From a virus (taxonomy: Duplodnaviria > Caudoviricetes): 64,000 nucleotides of DNA. Every line of letters starts with the position of its first letter. The first letter of the stretch is position 1. Both the position numbers and the translations under genes were made by a program. Below, piece after piece: positions 49,562-58,564 of the stretch. The notes under the pieces were generated by a model. It was given only the letters and a program-made list of their open reading frames with translations. It searched no databases and had not been told where the DNA came from. The stretch covers positions 32,001 to 96,000 of the IMG/VR virus record IMGVR_UViG_3300032123_000052. One strand, given 5' to 3'.

Positions 49562-50665
49562 ATGGCTTGGCCCACAACAAAATCCATTCCCGAGTGGGGA
49601 AAGCGAGATACTGACCCTAAAACTGTTGGTGCAGTTGCAGGGGCTGGTGTTTTTGGTGCAACTCACATTGATTTAAGACCAAAAGTTGATATTAAAAAAG
49701 CTCCATATCTTGGTGAAACATGGGAATCTGCCAAAAAACATATTAAGCCTGGTGACATACTTGTTGGTGGAACAAAAACAGCTCCACAAGCATATGTTAG
49801 TGAATTAAAAGATTTTAGAAAAATATTTAAACGAGCAAGAGCTCAAGGAAAGTCTATAAAAGACGCTGTTAATATAGCCAGAAAACGGGTTGATATAGCA
49901 AGTTTGGCTTCTAAACTAGGCGAACCCACCCTTTCTCATACTGCTGTTTTTGCAACCCCTACAAAAACAGCTTATGGCGGCGGCTGGTATCAGCATGCAT
50001 CTGAAGATATCCCATTAAATAGAAGAGCGCTTGGTATAGAAAGAAGAGCCCATAGGACATCTCATTATGTCATTATGAGACCAAGGGAAGGGATGAGTCC
50101 TTTAAGAGAGATTTATCGCAGGCAAGGTGCTCGAAAAGCAGTTGCCCAAGCAGGTAGAATGGCTGGAGAGGCAAAGGATTATAAAACACTTGGGAGTATT
50201 AAAGAAACTATGCTTGATTGGTTAACACCAAAACTTAGAAGCACTGAAAGAATAAAAAGTAGGGCTTTAAGAGCGGCAGAAATGTGTACTCCTGGAGGGT
50301 GGTGCTCAGTTACCGGCGCCCTCGGAACTGAAAAAACAATAGGTGGTAAGGTTGGAACAAAAGTTCTACCAAAAGATTATTTAAGATCTCATGGCTTTAG
50401 AGTTGTTGGTAAAATTGGAAAAGGACATATGACTTTAGCCCAAAAAGCATTGTTTGCTGCTCCAAGATTAGCTGTAAGAGGAGTGGTGGCCGGTGCGGTC
50501 GGTGTTGGTGCTTATCATACTGCTAAAATGTTTCAAAAAAGAAATCTTACTAGAAGTCTAAAAAATCAACCATTTGAAATAGAAAAAAAATCAGCATATG
50601 AAGAAGCCTACCAGGCGGCATTTAATGATGAGTTAGAAAAAATATCAGGTTGTAAATCTCATTAG
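49562..50665 (+). CDS. Permuted papain-like (NlpC/P60, YiiX-type) amidase candidate with AFxDELEKI tail
   Basis: IKPGDILV...SHTAVF...WCS order (His before Cys); YQAAFNDELEKISGCK. Confidence 0.5.
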   Translation: MAWPTTKSIPEWGKRDTDPKTVGAVAGAGVFGATHIDLRPKVDIKKAPYLGETWESAKKHIKPGDILVGGTKTAPQAYVSELKDFRKIFKRARAQGKSIKDAVNIARKRVDIASLASKLGEPTLSHTAVFATPTKTAYGGGWYQHASEDIPLNRRALGIERRAHRTSHYVIMRPREGMSPLREIYRRQGARKAVAQAGRMAGEAKDYKTLGSIKETMLDWLTPKLRSTERIKSRALRAAEMCTPGGWCSVTGALGTEKTIGGKVGTKVLPKDYLRSHGFRVVGKIGKGHMTLAQKALFAAPRLAVRGVVAGAVGVGAYHTAKMFQKRNLTRSLKNQPFEIEKKSAYEEAYQAAFNDELEKISGCKSH

Positions 50666-50713
50666 CAAAGTAAGGCCAAAAAAAGCAAAAAAAATGTCTT
50701 ACTAGAGGATTTT

Positions 50714-51238
50714 ATGATTAATCTCGATATTTCTATGGGCGACTACCTTCTCGGAGGTCGCTTCAAAAACCAGCGCATGACGGTTAAAAGTATTGGTACT
50801 GATGAGCTTGGTCAACCGACTGTTAATAAGAAGAAGCTGCTCGCTTTCCGCATAGAAAAAAAGATGCCGGAAGATAAGCATAGTGGAAAGACAAAAAGAG
50901 AAAAAGCTGAAATAAATAAAGAGTCTAGTTTTAAAGATATTTATAGTGCAGCGTTTTATGATGAGATTGATAAGATCGCAAAGTATAACGGTACATATAA
51001 AGATCTCAATAAGCACCGAGTTCCTCTTAAGCCAGAAGAACGGGCTTTGGTTATGGCGAGAAAAGCCGTCTGGCATCATGGTCCAAATGGTGAAGAGACC
51101 CCTGCTGTATGGAAGTCGGTTGATAAGAAGAAAAAGAAAACGTATTACGTAACAAATACCCACAGAGCAATGGGTGTTTTATCATCATTGCCTGCAGCAA
51201 TAAATAGATATCACAAATTTATAAAAGGTACTGCATAA
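50714..51238 (+). CDS. Two-domain small protein joined by an AFxDE.EKIA linker
   Basis: GAGG RBS; IYSAAFYDEIDKIA in the middle. Confidence 0.6.
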   Translation: MINLDISMGDYLLGGRFKNQRMTVKSIGTDELGQPTVNKKKLLAFRIEKKMPEDKHSGKTKREKAEINKESSFKDIYSAAFYDEIDKIAKYNGTYKDLNKHRVPLKPEERALVMARKAVWHHGPNGEETPAVWKSVDKKKKKTYYVTNTHRAMGVLSSLPAAINRYHKFIKGTA

Positions 51239-51657
51239 TGGAAAAAGTATCACTTAGAAGATTAAGATATGCATTAAGGGGTGATGCGCAAGGGCAGTAT
51301 CTTAAAGCTCTTGGGGTAAGAATTGGGGAGTATGCAGAACGCTATGTTATTAAAGGTATACCAGGTCGAAACGTTACTGATAAAATTTTTGCTATGCCAA
51401 TTGGTTCTACTAGGCGTTATAAAAAATACTTTTTCGATAAAGGTAAATTGTGGAAATCGAAAGGTGTTTTTCAATCGAAAGCCCCTTCATACGGCGATCC
51501 ACGGCGCACTCCTCATGCTGATTTTGATGTTAATCCAATTATAAGCACTAAAGCGCTTAAGGCTATTGCGGCTGCCACTACCGCTGGGGCTTTATCAATT
51601 GGTGCTCTCGGTGTAAAAATATTAAAACGTAATAAGAAAGAAAAGAGCATTGCGTAA
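51238..51657 (+). CDS. Basic hypothetical protein with C-terminal hydrophobic helix
   Basis: 139 aa, coupled on both sides. Confidence 0.55.
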   Translation: MEKVSLRRLRYALRGDAQGQYLKALGVRIGEYAERYVIKGIPGRNVTDKIFAMPIGSTRRYKKYFFDKGKLWKSKGVFQSKAPSYGDPRRTPHADFDVNPIISTKALKAIAAATTAGALSIGALGVKILKRNKKEKSIA

Positions 51658-53033
51658 TGATGGGAAGTCCTACAGATACTGTATCATACACACCGGTACC
51701 GTGTATATGCAGTGGAATAATCACCAGCAAACTAACTGATACTGAAACGTATGAGGTTTCAGTTTATGAGTCTCCTTTAGGAGAGCTCAATGGTCCGGTA
51801 TATTGCACACTGATATACTCCCCAGGCCAGGATGGCGATTACAAGCAGGGTGATCGCGTTAAGCTGATGGTTTGTTTCACATTTGGTGGTGCTGAGAATA
51901 AATTTATTGATGTTGCCACCGGTATGAACAATTATATCATGGGTGTTTTTAATGAGCGGTCGCTTGCAAATATTAAAGTAGAAAATCCTATCACAGCAGA
52001 GGTTGCTGATGCAATCAGATTTGTAAATAAAAAGAGTGGCGCTGGGATTGTAGCAACTGACAACGGACAGCTTGTTATGGCAACTAGTGGTGTTATCAAT
52101 TCATTTCTCAAACCATTTGGTTATGGGGTTCATGAGAATCTCAGCCATACTTTTGCTCAGAATTATCACAGAATAATATCTCACAATCCACCTTTCTATT
52201 TTGCCAGAGAATACTTTGGAATGTATTCTGGCTCTGACATCAATGATAAGGCCAGCAGAATAAGCGAAGAAGATCACCTGATAACTTACAGGCGTTTTGT
52301 TACCCAGACGAGGTCCCCCGATAATTGGGTATCGTCGTGTGAAGGAACATTCGCCCCGTGGGTAGGTGCGAATATAGACAGTGAAGAGATTAATAAGGGT
52401 AAGGATGTCCTGTTCTCAAAAGCAATAAATTTCGGAGATTCGAGAACAACTATTGAGGTCGGTCAGCCTGGAGAATCGTTTGTTAATATCAGGGTAGACG
52501 ATGTTACGATAAGTGAGAAAAATGTTCCAGTATCTCCAGGAGCAACACCAGCTATTATGGGGAACCGGTTTAAAATGCAGATCAGCGACAAGGGCGAGCT
52601 TGACCTTAGAATAGCCGGATCGGGAACTCCGATTAAAAATCTTAATGCGTTCCATATGAGCGTAGATAGTAATGGAAATCTCACCATCCATTCTAAAGGA
52701 AAAATATCATTATCCCATGGCGATAATGACGAAGATAATAATTCAATAGTGATGGACCCGGCCAAGGGGATAGATATCACCGCGCTTAATGGGCTGAGAG
52801 TAAACGGCCAGGAAATTCTATTAAAAGCCTGGATGGACTTCTTCAATAAATACCAGGCACAATGGTGCCAAGTAACCTCAATAGGTGGGCCAGCGCCAAT
52901 CCACCCTGCGATTGTACCGGATTTTACTGCCGGTATACAGAAATTCGGTAAAGACGGTGGGTTTACATCAACTGGCAAAGACGCTCCAGCCAAAGGGGTT
53001 ATACAGGACTCTGATAATTTCGAGTCGGTATAA
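51657..53033 (+). CDS. Putative baseplate hub/central spike (Gp5/VgrG-like)
   Basis: N-terminal OB-like region (GDRVKLM) and C-terminal short beta-strand repeats (MSVDSNGNLTIHSKGKISL). Confidence 0.5.
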   Translation: MMGSPTDTVSYTPVPCICSGIITSKLTDTETYEVSVYESPLGELNGPVYCTLIYSPGQDGDYKQGDRVKLMVCFTFGGAENKFIDVATGMNNYIMGVFNERSLANIKVENPITAEVADAIRFVNKKSGAGIVATDNGQLVMATSGVINSFLKPFGYGVHENLSHTFAQNYHRIISHNPPFYFAREYFGMYSGSDINDKASRISEEDHLITYRRFVTQTRSPDNWVSSCEGTFAPWVGANIDSEEINKGKDVLFSKAINFGDSRTTIEVGQPGESFVNIRVDDVTISEKNVPVSPGATPAIMGNRFKMQISDKGELDLRIAGSGTPIKNLNAFHMSVDSNGNLTIHSKGKISLSHGDNDEDNNSIVMDPAKGIDITALNGLRVNGQEILLKAWMDFFNKYQAQWCQVTSIGGPAPIHPAIVPDFTAGIQKFGKDGGFTSTGKDAPAKGVIQDSDNFESV

Positions 53034-53034
53034 T

Positions 53035-53496
53035 TTACTTAAAAAGTTTAATTGAGTTTTTAAATATATTAACTAATTGTGGTGACATATTAAATCTTTT
53101 TGTATTTATTTCTATACTTTTGTTAATATCACCATTATCATGTCTAAGTGAAGAACTTTTCCAGTCAGAAAAAAGCTCTATTAGATCAACAAGGTTCATC
53201 CCATCAATCCCATTTGAAAAATGTTCGGGATGATGACGATTGTTTTTATAATGATGATCAAGGGCGACGCTCATTCCCTTTAGAAACTCTTTATATTCGT
53301 CACTTCCATAAGTACTATTTTTGAGCCTAGGTGTATATTCAACAAATATTGAGAACTCCGGCTCCTCCAGTTTTGAACCATCATGCTCCTTTGCCCTCAT
53401 AATAATCTGCTGCATTATGTTTTCAAGGAACATGCGAACATTGTTGATGTGCTCCTTGGTTTCTTGTCTGGTGTGCTCTTCAGGACTTAACTCCAT
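53035..53496 (-). CDS. DUF5662-like HD-type protein
   Basis: TKEHINNV...HDGSKLEEPE...HHYKNNRHHPEHF...MNLVDLIELFSDW. Confidence 0.7.
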   Translation of the reverse strand: MELSPEEHTRQETKEHINNVRMFLENIMQQIIMRAKEHDGSKLEEPEFSIFVEYTPRLKNSTYGSDEYKEFLKGMSVALDHHYKNNRHHPEHFSNGIDGMNLVDLIELFSDWKSSSLRHDNGDINKSIEINTKRFNMSPQLVNIFKNSIKLFK

Positions 53497-53621
53497 ACAA
53501 ACCCCTTATCAATAGTTAAAAAAAAATGATGGGAATTGTTGTACCAATTGCTTATTTTTAAAATATAAGTTTTAGGTTTCCGTTATCACAGATATTTTTT
53601 AAGATATATCGAATTGGCAAT

Positions 53622-53650
53622 TTGAAATCCGTTGAATTATATTGTATAAT
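53622..53650 (+). promoter_or_regulatory. Sigma70-like promoter
   Basis: TTGAAA-17 nt-TATAAT, 15 nt before ATG 53666. Confidence 0.6.
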
Positions 53651-53665
53651 ATATCAAAGGTTATC

Positions 53666-53947
53666 ATGCCAATAATTAGACGAACACAATCTGTGCTTGG
53701 TAATTCTATAGTCGGTGATATTGAAAAGTTTCTTAACGACAACGCTGTTGCTATAGAAAATGATACCAACATTACCCCGGAAGATGGGGCAAAGGCTATT
53801 GCCCATGCTATTGCTTATGGAATAGCGAAGGCTTTGGCCGACACTGGTGTCCAATCGGCATTTGCTGCTGGGATATGTCCCCCTGCTGGAGGTCCGGTTG
53901 GCAATCTTATATACACTCCTTTAAGCAATATTGCCGGAGAGTCATAA
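53666..53947 (+). CDS. Small virion protein, paralog 1
   Basis: AIAHAIAYGIAKALADTGVQSAFAAGICPPAGGPVG; ATG 53666 follows AAGG. Confidence 0.6.
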   Translation: MPIIRRTQSVLGNSIVGDIEKFLNDNAVAIENDTNITPEDGAKAIAHAIAYGIAKALADTGVQSAFAAGICPPAGGPVGNLIYTPLSNIAGES

Positions 53948-54252
53948 TGCCACAAAAAAGATTTTCAGTGTCTACACTGGGCAAATACCTTGAACCTAAA
54001 ATAGAAAAGTTCCTGATAGATAATATTAATCATATGAAAAAACAAAACAAATCAGTATATCAGGATGGTTCTGAAATGATTGCTAACGCAATTGCCTATG
54101 GTGTTTCCCTTGCCCTATCAAGTTCTATAATGCAATCAGCCTTTGCTGTTGGAATAGCCCCGCCGCCAGTTCCACCATCAACTGTTACTGTTGGCGGTCC
54201 TCTTGGCCAGTGGATGTATGGAGTCCTGAAACCAAATATAATAGAAACATAA
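53947..54252 (+). CDS. Small virion protein, paralog 2
   Basis: IANAIAYGVSLALSSSIMQSAFAVGIAPP...GGPLG; TAATG coupling gives start 53947. Confidence 0.6.
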   Translation: MPQKRFSVSTLGKYLEPKIEKFLIDNINHMKKQNKSVYQDGSEMIANAIAYGVSLALSSSIMQSAFAVGIAPPPVPPSTVTVGGPLGQWMYGVLKPNIIET

Positions 54253-54268
54253 AAAAAAGGAAATAAAA

Positions 54269-56473
54269 ATGATTACAGTAAACGAATCCGTTATAGAAAA
54301 GTTGTCATTTGAAAAGGTAGGAGAATATGAGCTACCTAAAAATATTTCCGAATGGGATCAGGAGATACTGGATCAGTTTTTCGAGCAAATAAGTTACCTT
54401 CCGAAAGAATTCGGTGTTGATGTAATAGTTAAAAGCGTCAATGAAAATGAGGGATACGCAAAAGGTAGCGTTGTTGTGTGGTACCAGGAAAAACAGATAA
54501 ATTTTCCTGTTATTGTGAACAATTTTAAATTAAGCCCTTTTGATGTATTTGTACATAAGGATGGTGATAAAACAAAATACGTATCAGCAAATTTGAGAAA
54601 TATAAAAAAGATTCTTTCATCTGAAGAATTGGGCGTCCCAAAAAGAAAATACCCCAAAGGGGCTTTTGAAGCAATCAAGCCGGTTGGCGGCATATATCCA
54701 AAAACGGCTGTTAACGCCAACGATGTTCCAGACTTGGGTGAATATCCTCAATTTGCAAAAATGTCCGCATGGCCACTTTTGGCTCATCAGGACGATATTG
54801 AAAAACTTGCCGTTCAAATGGAGGCTGAGGAAAATGTAGGTAAGAATTTTGTAGACAATACTGGCGACCTCATTGGTAATATTATAGAACTCAATCGGCA
54901 TAACAGAATTGTAGGCGACGATCATAAAGAAGGTATCCTAGATACTTATAAAGTAGTTAAGGCGAAGCGGGTTCTTACCGTTCTTGATTCACAATTCATT
55001 GATGTTAATCAACTCAAACCTATGGTTGCTCCGGTTGTGTGTGAGTTGAGGATGTATGAATACCCGTCTCTTGAAGATTTTATTGAGAATGGGAAGGATA
55101 TGGCTGGAAGATTTTTGGCCACCACAAATGGTAAACCAATTCCCGGAGTGGTCCTTGATACAGTGAGTAGCTATGACCTTAATCGCAGATTTGACATTCT
55201 TGAACCATGCGATCCGAGTGATAGTGAAAACGAAAAAAAGAAAGAGGAAAGAAACAGACGTGATCAGATATTTATTTCTCTTGACGGCAAGTACTATTGT
55301 AAATATGAAGATTATGATCGTACTGGTATAGGGTTTTATGGATCTAACATATTAACTCAAGATGGCGCCATGCAGAAAGCAATTCAATATCTTGCCAAAA
55401 AAACAACTGATGAATTAATTAATATTGATCCAGAGAATCGTAATGACGGTTCGGATAAATCATTCCTTGGAATCCATAGGCACATGGAAAAAATGATGAA
55501 CCAGGGTTCAGAAGATGGCTATTATGGTAAGAAATATGATGGGAATAGTTATGGTGACTTGTTTGTTATATATGGCGCTGACGATGCTTTTGAATGCCTT
55601 TCTTTTAATCGCAAATTCAGAAAATACAAAGTAAACAATTCTCATGTTTATGTATCTAAGGAAGAGGCGATTATCCCTGCAAATGTAGCCAGCGTTCAGA
55701 GGGTCAGAAGTGTTGAAAATCCTGTTTACAAAATGATTTTGGGTAAAGTTAATAAAATTTATCTCATTCCTGAAGGTGCGTTAATTATCAACGCGGCAAT
55801 GATGAAGATTCTTAATAGAGACGATTTCTTACGACCGGCCAAATCGATTCAGAAAACATACGAAGATGCTAATATCAATAAGGTCGCACTGTATGTCAAA
55901 GATGGCGGATACTATATCTCCGGAAAACCATTTGAGCCTCTTCAGAAAGTGGCCCATCTTAACGGAAAACCACTTTCGACTGATCATACTTTTAAAGCTT
56001 TACATATAATGGGTATGAGTAAAGACGCTGCAGCAAAAGCAATGAAGGTGGCTTTGGCAAAATATGCCAGCAGTGAAATACGCAACAAAGCTGTAACCAT
56101 TTATGGTGTCAATAATGATTATATTGATACCAGCGTTATTTCCACTATCGAGAAGATGGCTAAAATCAGGCAGATCATAAAAAATGAGTGCCAGAAAATG
56201 AGAATCGATCTTACTAAAGAAGCCAGCGTCCTTGATGATCCTGAAGCTGTAGATGTCGTATTATCGCTGAACTTCATCAACGAAGACAACCTGAGCGGAT
56301 ATGTTGAAAACGTCCGTGAAATGAAAAAGGTTGCTGGCGACCTTGCTGAACTTCTGGTTGCTTCACGCATGGGATTAAGCACGGTTGATGAAGACGCTGT
56401 GAAAAAGGCGATGGATGGTCTTAATACTGTAATTGTAAATCTTGAAGAGATAAAAATGGCTACTGAAGAGTAG
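54269..56473 (+). CDS. Large K-x-A/S-rich hypothetical virion protein
   Basis: 734 aa; EKLS, AKMS, EKLA, QKVA, EKMA, KEAS, KKVA, IKMA. Confidence 0.55.
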   Translation: MITVNESVIEKLSFEKVGEYELPKNISEWDQEILDQFFEQISYLPKEFGVDVIVKSVNENEGYAKGSVVVWYQEKQINFPVIVNNFKLSPFDVFVHKDGDKTKYVSANLRNIKKILSSEELGVPKRKYPKGAFEAIKPVGGIYPKTAVNANDVPDLGEYPQFAKMSAWPLLAHQDDIEKLAVQMEAEENVGKNFVDNTGDLIGNIIELNRHNRIVGDDHKEGILDTYKVVKAKRVLTVLDSQFIDVNQLKPMVAPVVCELRMYEYPSLEDFIENGKDMAGRFLATTNGKPIPGVVLDTVSSYDLNRRFDILEPCDPSDSENEKKKEERNRRDQIFISLDGKYYCKYEDYDRTGIGFYGSNILTQDGAMQKAIQYLAKKTTDELINIDPENRNDGSDKSFLGIHRHMEKMMNQGSEDGYYGKKYDGNSYGDLFVIYGADDAFECLSFNRKFRKYKVNNSHVYVSKEEAIIPANVASVQRVRSVENPVYKMILGKVNKIYLIPEGALIINAAMMKILNRDDFLRPAKSIQKTYEDANINKVALYVKDGGYYISGKPFEPLQKVAHLNGKPLSTDHTFKALHIMGMSKDAAAKAMKVALAKYASSEIRNKAVTIYGVNNDYIDTSVISTIEKMAKIRQIIKNECQKMRIDLTKEASVLDDPEAVDVVLSLNFINEDNLSGYVENVREMKKVAGDLAELLVASRMGLSTVDEDAVKKAMDGLNTVIVNLEEIKMATEE

Positions 56474-56489
56474 CTTTATCACACATGTA

Positions 56490-56525
56490 ATAGCTAAAAA
56501 AAACTCTCAGGTCGAGTGAGAGTTT
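56490..56525 (-). terminator. Intrinsic terminator ending the retron operon, with ATAGCTAAAAA motif
   Basis: AAACTCTCA-7 nt-TGAGAGTTT followed by a T-tract then AGCTAT on the - strand. Confidence 0.8.
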
Positions 56526-56527
56526 CC

Positions 56528-56771
56528 AATTAACTTATCGTGGAACAGAACCTGACTGGGGTCGGGGGCCAGGCGGGTACTCACATAGCCTGGCCCGCAC
56601 AGATCCGTTGTGGCGTGCACGGCGGATCTGTGACCAGGCGGGAAATTGAATATGCTTCCCACTTTTATCGCCCATGCGAAAAAAGTTGGGATAGCCGTCC
56701 CCGCATTACACACCCTCCGAGGCGAATCGCCCCAGATGAGAGATCAATCTCTCCTTTCACGATAGTTAATT
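56528..56771 (-). ncRNA. Retron msr/msd-like ncRNA linked to the RT
   Basis: Terminal IR AATTAACTATCGTGAAA / TTCCACGATAAGTTAATT closed by G56754.G; hairpins GAGAGA-TTGA-TCTCTC and GGGGCG-ATT-CGCCTC; long hairpins 56588-56639 and 56647-56680; GC-rich island. Confidence 0.8.
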
Positions 56772-56945
56772 ATTTTTATTTTCCGGCAGCTTCTCTTTCT
56801 TGGAGAATATGCTTTTTATGCCGACAATAAATTTAATTGTTTGTGGAAAAATACTCTTCACAAATGATGAAGTAAAATCAACAACAAGGTTGAACTTCGC
56901 TATTATGGCACTGTGTTGCTTGTTGCCACCGCTTTTTTTTTCCAT
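56766..56945 (-). CDS. 59-aa amphipathic peptide absent from the ORF track
   Basis: GGAG-AAATA-ATG directly after the RNase H stop; MEKKSGGNKQHSAIIAKFNLVVDFTSSFVKSIFPQTIKFIVGIKSIFSKKEKLPENKNN; its stop lies in the ncRNA 5' repeat. Confidence 0.6.
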   Translation of the reverse strand: MEKKSGGNKQHSAIIAKFNLVVDFTSSFVKSIFPQTIKFIVGIKSIFSKKEKLPENKNN

Positions 56946-56953
56946 TATTTCTC

Positions 56954-57457
56954 CTATGGAATGGGTTGACCAGCTTTCTTTGCCTGTTTAATTTGATCTT
57001 GAGCTATACCATCAGCCATATTATTAAACTGGCTTCGAGCATGTCCCTTAACCCAATTAAACCGGAATGCTTTAAATTCGGGTGTTAAAGCATCAAGCAT
57101 TTTCCATAAGGAAATATTAAGAACCGGCTTGCCGTTGGATTTTCTCCAACCATTCCCTTTCCATGTAGGAAGATATTCATCATAGTTGTCTGATACATAT
57201 TTAGAATCAGGCCTTATAATACAAGTGTGGTTTTTAGCCTCACCATATTCAGAGTCTAAAAGTTTTTTTAAAGCCTTCATTCCTTGAATAGCAGCTAATA
57301 ATTCCATTTGATTGTTTGTAACGTTGATCCGGTAGCCGCCCCCACGACGCAATATATTATCTCCGGCATTAATTATTACATAACCATACCCACCAGGACA
57401 GTTAGCACCCCTTTGATTTCCAGAGCATCCGCCGTCGGTGTATATCGTGAATTTCAC
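56954..57457 (-). CDS. rnhA: Ribonuclease HI
   Basis: YTDGGCSGN, TNNQMEL, DSKYV, WVKGH, NNMADGIA. Confidence 0.95.
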   Translation of the reverse strand: MKFTIYTDGGCSGNQRGANCPGGYGYVIINAGDNILRRGGGYRINVTNNQMELLAAIQGMKALKKLLDSEYGEAKNHTCIIRPDSKYVSDNYDEYLPTWKGNGWRKSNGKPVLNISLWKMLDALTPEFKAFRFNWVKGHARSQFNNMADGIAQDQIKQAKKAGQPIP

Positions 57458-57493
57458 TATTATTTTATCCCTTTTTAGTTAGGTGAAAGATTC

Positions 57494-58564
57494 TTACTTA
57501 CAAAACTCAATAAGTTTAAACTTCTTATTTTCAAATGCAAGAAGTTGCTTCATATACTTTTTACCCTTATCACGATCTATAGACATCAAGAATGACGCCC
57601 ATCCCTTTAGTTTTCTCAAATCACTTTTAGTTGTTTTGTCTGCGTGCTTTACAGTAGCATGGTGCACTTCAGCTCTGAATTTATGCACATCTCTGCGCTG
57701 CACTGACTTTTTAACATTAACTACTACACCGCATATTTTCAGGCGGCCGGCATTTGACTTCCATATTGTTTTCTTTTTATTCGGCGTAAACCCATATGCC
57801 CATAAAAGCTGATATGCTTTCTGTTTTATTTCTTTTTTCAGTTCAAATTTGCTCAATGTTTTACTGCTGAATGCGAGGTCGTCGGCATAACGAGTATACG
57901 CTATATCGGAAGAAGCACAATGTTTTTTCATAGATTGGTCGAACCCACGCATTACTATGTTTGCCAACATAGGAGAGGTTGGGAACCCTTGCGCAGTATA
58001 ACCCTCAAAGGTACACAGTTCTATTATCCTGTTGAATAAAGAAATGTAACCTGTTTCTCTACAATATTCAGGAATATACACTGCTTTGATTTCTTCACAT
58101 CTGAAATCACAATTTTTTGTTTTATTATAATAGAGCGATGGATGACACCTTCCATCTAGCATTCGTTCATAGCGCTTGCAATATCGACAGATGTGTTTAT
58201 TTCCGAAGATGCAATTTTTGAGATGGTCGGTTGATATAGAGTCAAAAAAATCTTTAATATCAATTTTACCAAGACTTTTTGCGCCAACATGCAGCTCCGC
58301 ATTTGTTACAATGCCTTTCTTTGCAACAAATCCATGAGCTGCCGCGTCGGCTTTATATCTTCTGAACACGCGCCAGTAGATACTTTTTTGGATGTATTTT
58401 AATCGGGCGTCTGGGGCTATAATATTTCTTTTACCCCCGCTCTTCTTTGGGATTGAGATGCGTTCAATATGCTCATTCTTAGCAGCGATTATCGCATCAA
58501 CTTCTTCTAGGTCGGCACCTAAAACCTGTTTAATGTCAAAGTTGGATACCTCAGCTTTGAACAT
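57494..58564 (-). CDS. Retron-type reverse transcriptase with Cys-rich insertion
   Basis: IPKKSGGKRNI, AHGF...TNAELH (retron region X NAxxH), DIKDFFDSI, QGFPTSP, YTRYADDL, ICGVVVN (VTG-like region Y). Start at ATG 58564 preferred; the ORF-track start at 58633 lies deeper inside the DHH gene. Confidence 0.9.
   Translation of the reverse strand: MFKAEVSNFDIKQVLGADLEEVDAIIAAKNEHIERISIPKKSGGKRNIIAPDARLKYIQKSIYWRVFRRYKADAAAHGFVAKKGIVTNAELHVGAKSLGKIDIKDFFDSISTDHLKNCIFGNKHICRYCKRYERMLDGRCHPSLYYNKTKNCDFRCEEIKAVYIPEYCRETGYISLFNRIIELCTFEGYTAQGFPTSPMLANIVMRGFDQSMKKHCASSDIAYTRYADDLAFSSKTLSKFELKKEIKQKAYQLLWAYGFTPNKKKTIWKSNAGRLKICGVVVNVKKSVQRRDVHKFRAEVHHATVKHADKTTKSDLRKLKGWASFLMSIDRDKGKKYMKQLLAFENKKFKLIEFCK

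Noticed and set aside
50663-50665. Genome-wide TAG recoding
   Set aside because: TAG ends several genes cleanly before new RBSs or terminators (12975, 56473, 63533), and long genes are intact in code 11.
56507-56991. ORFs 56540-56830, 56507-56713 and 56800-56991
   Set aside because: Overlap the structured ncRNA and the RBS-supported 59-aa ORF; no RBS and atypical composition.
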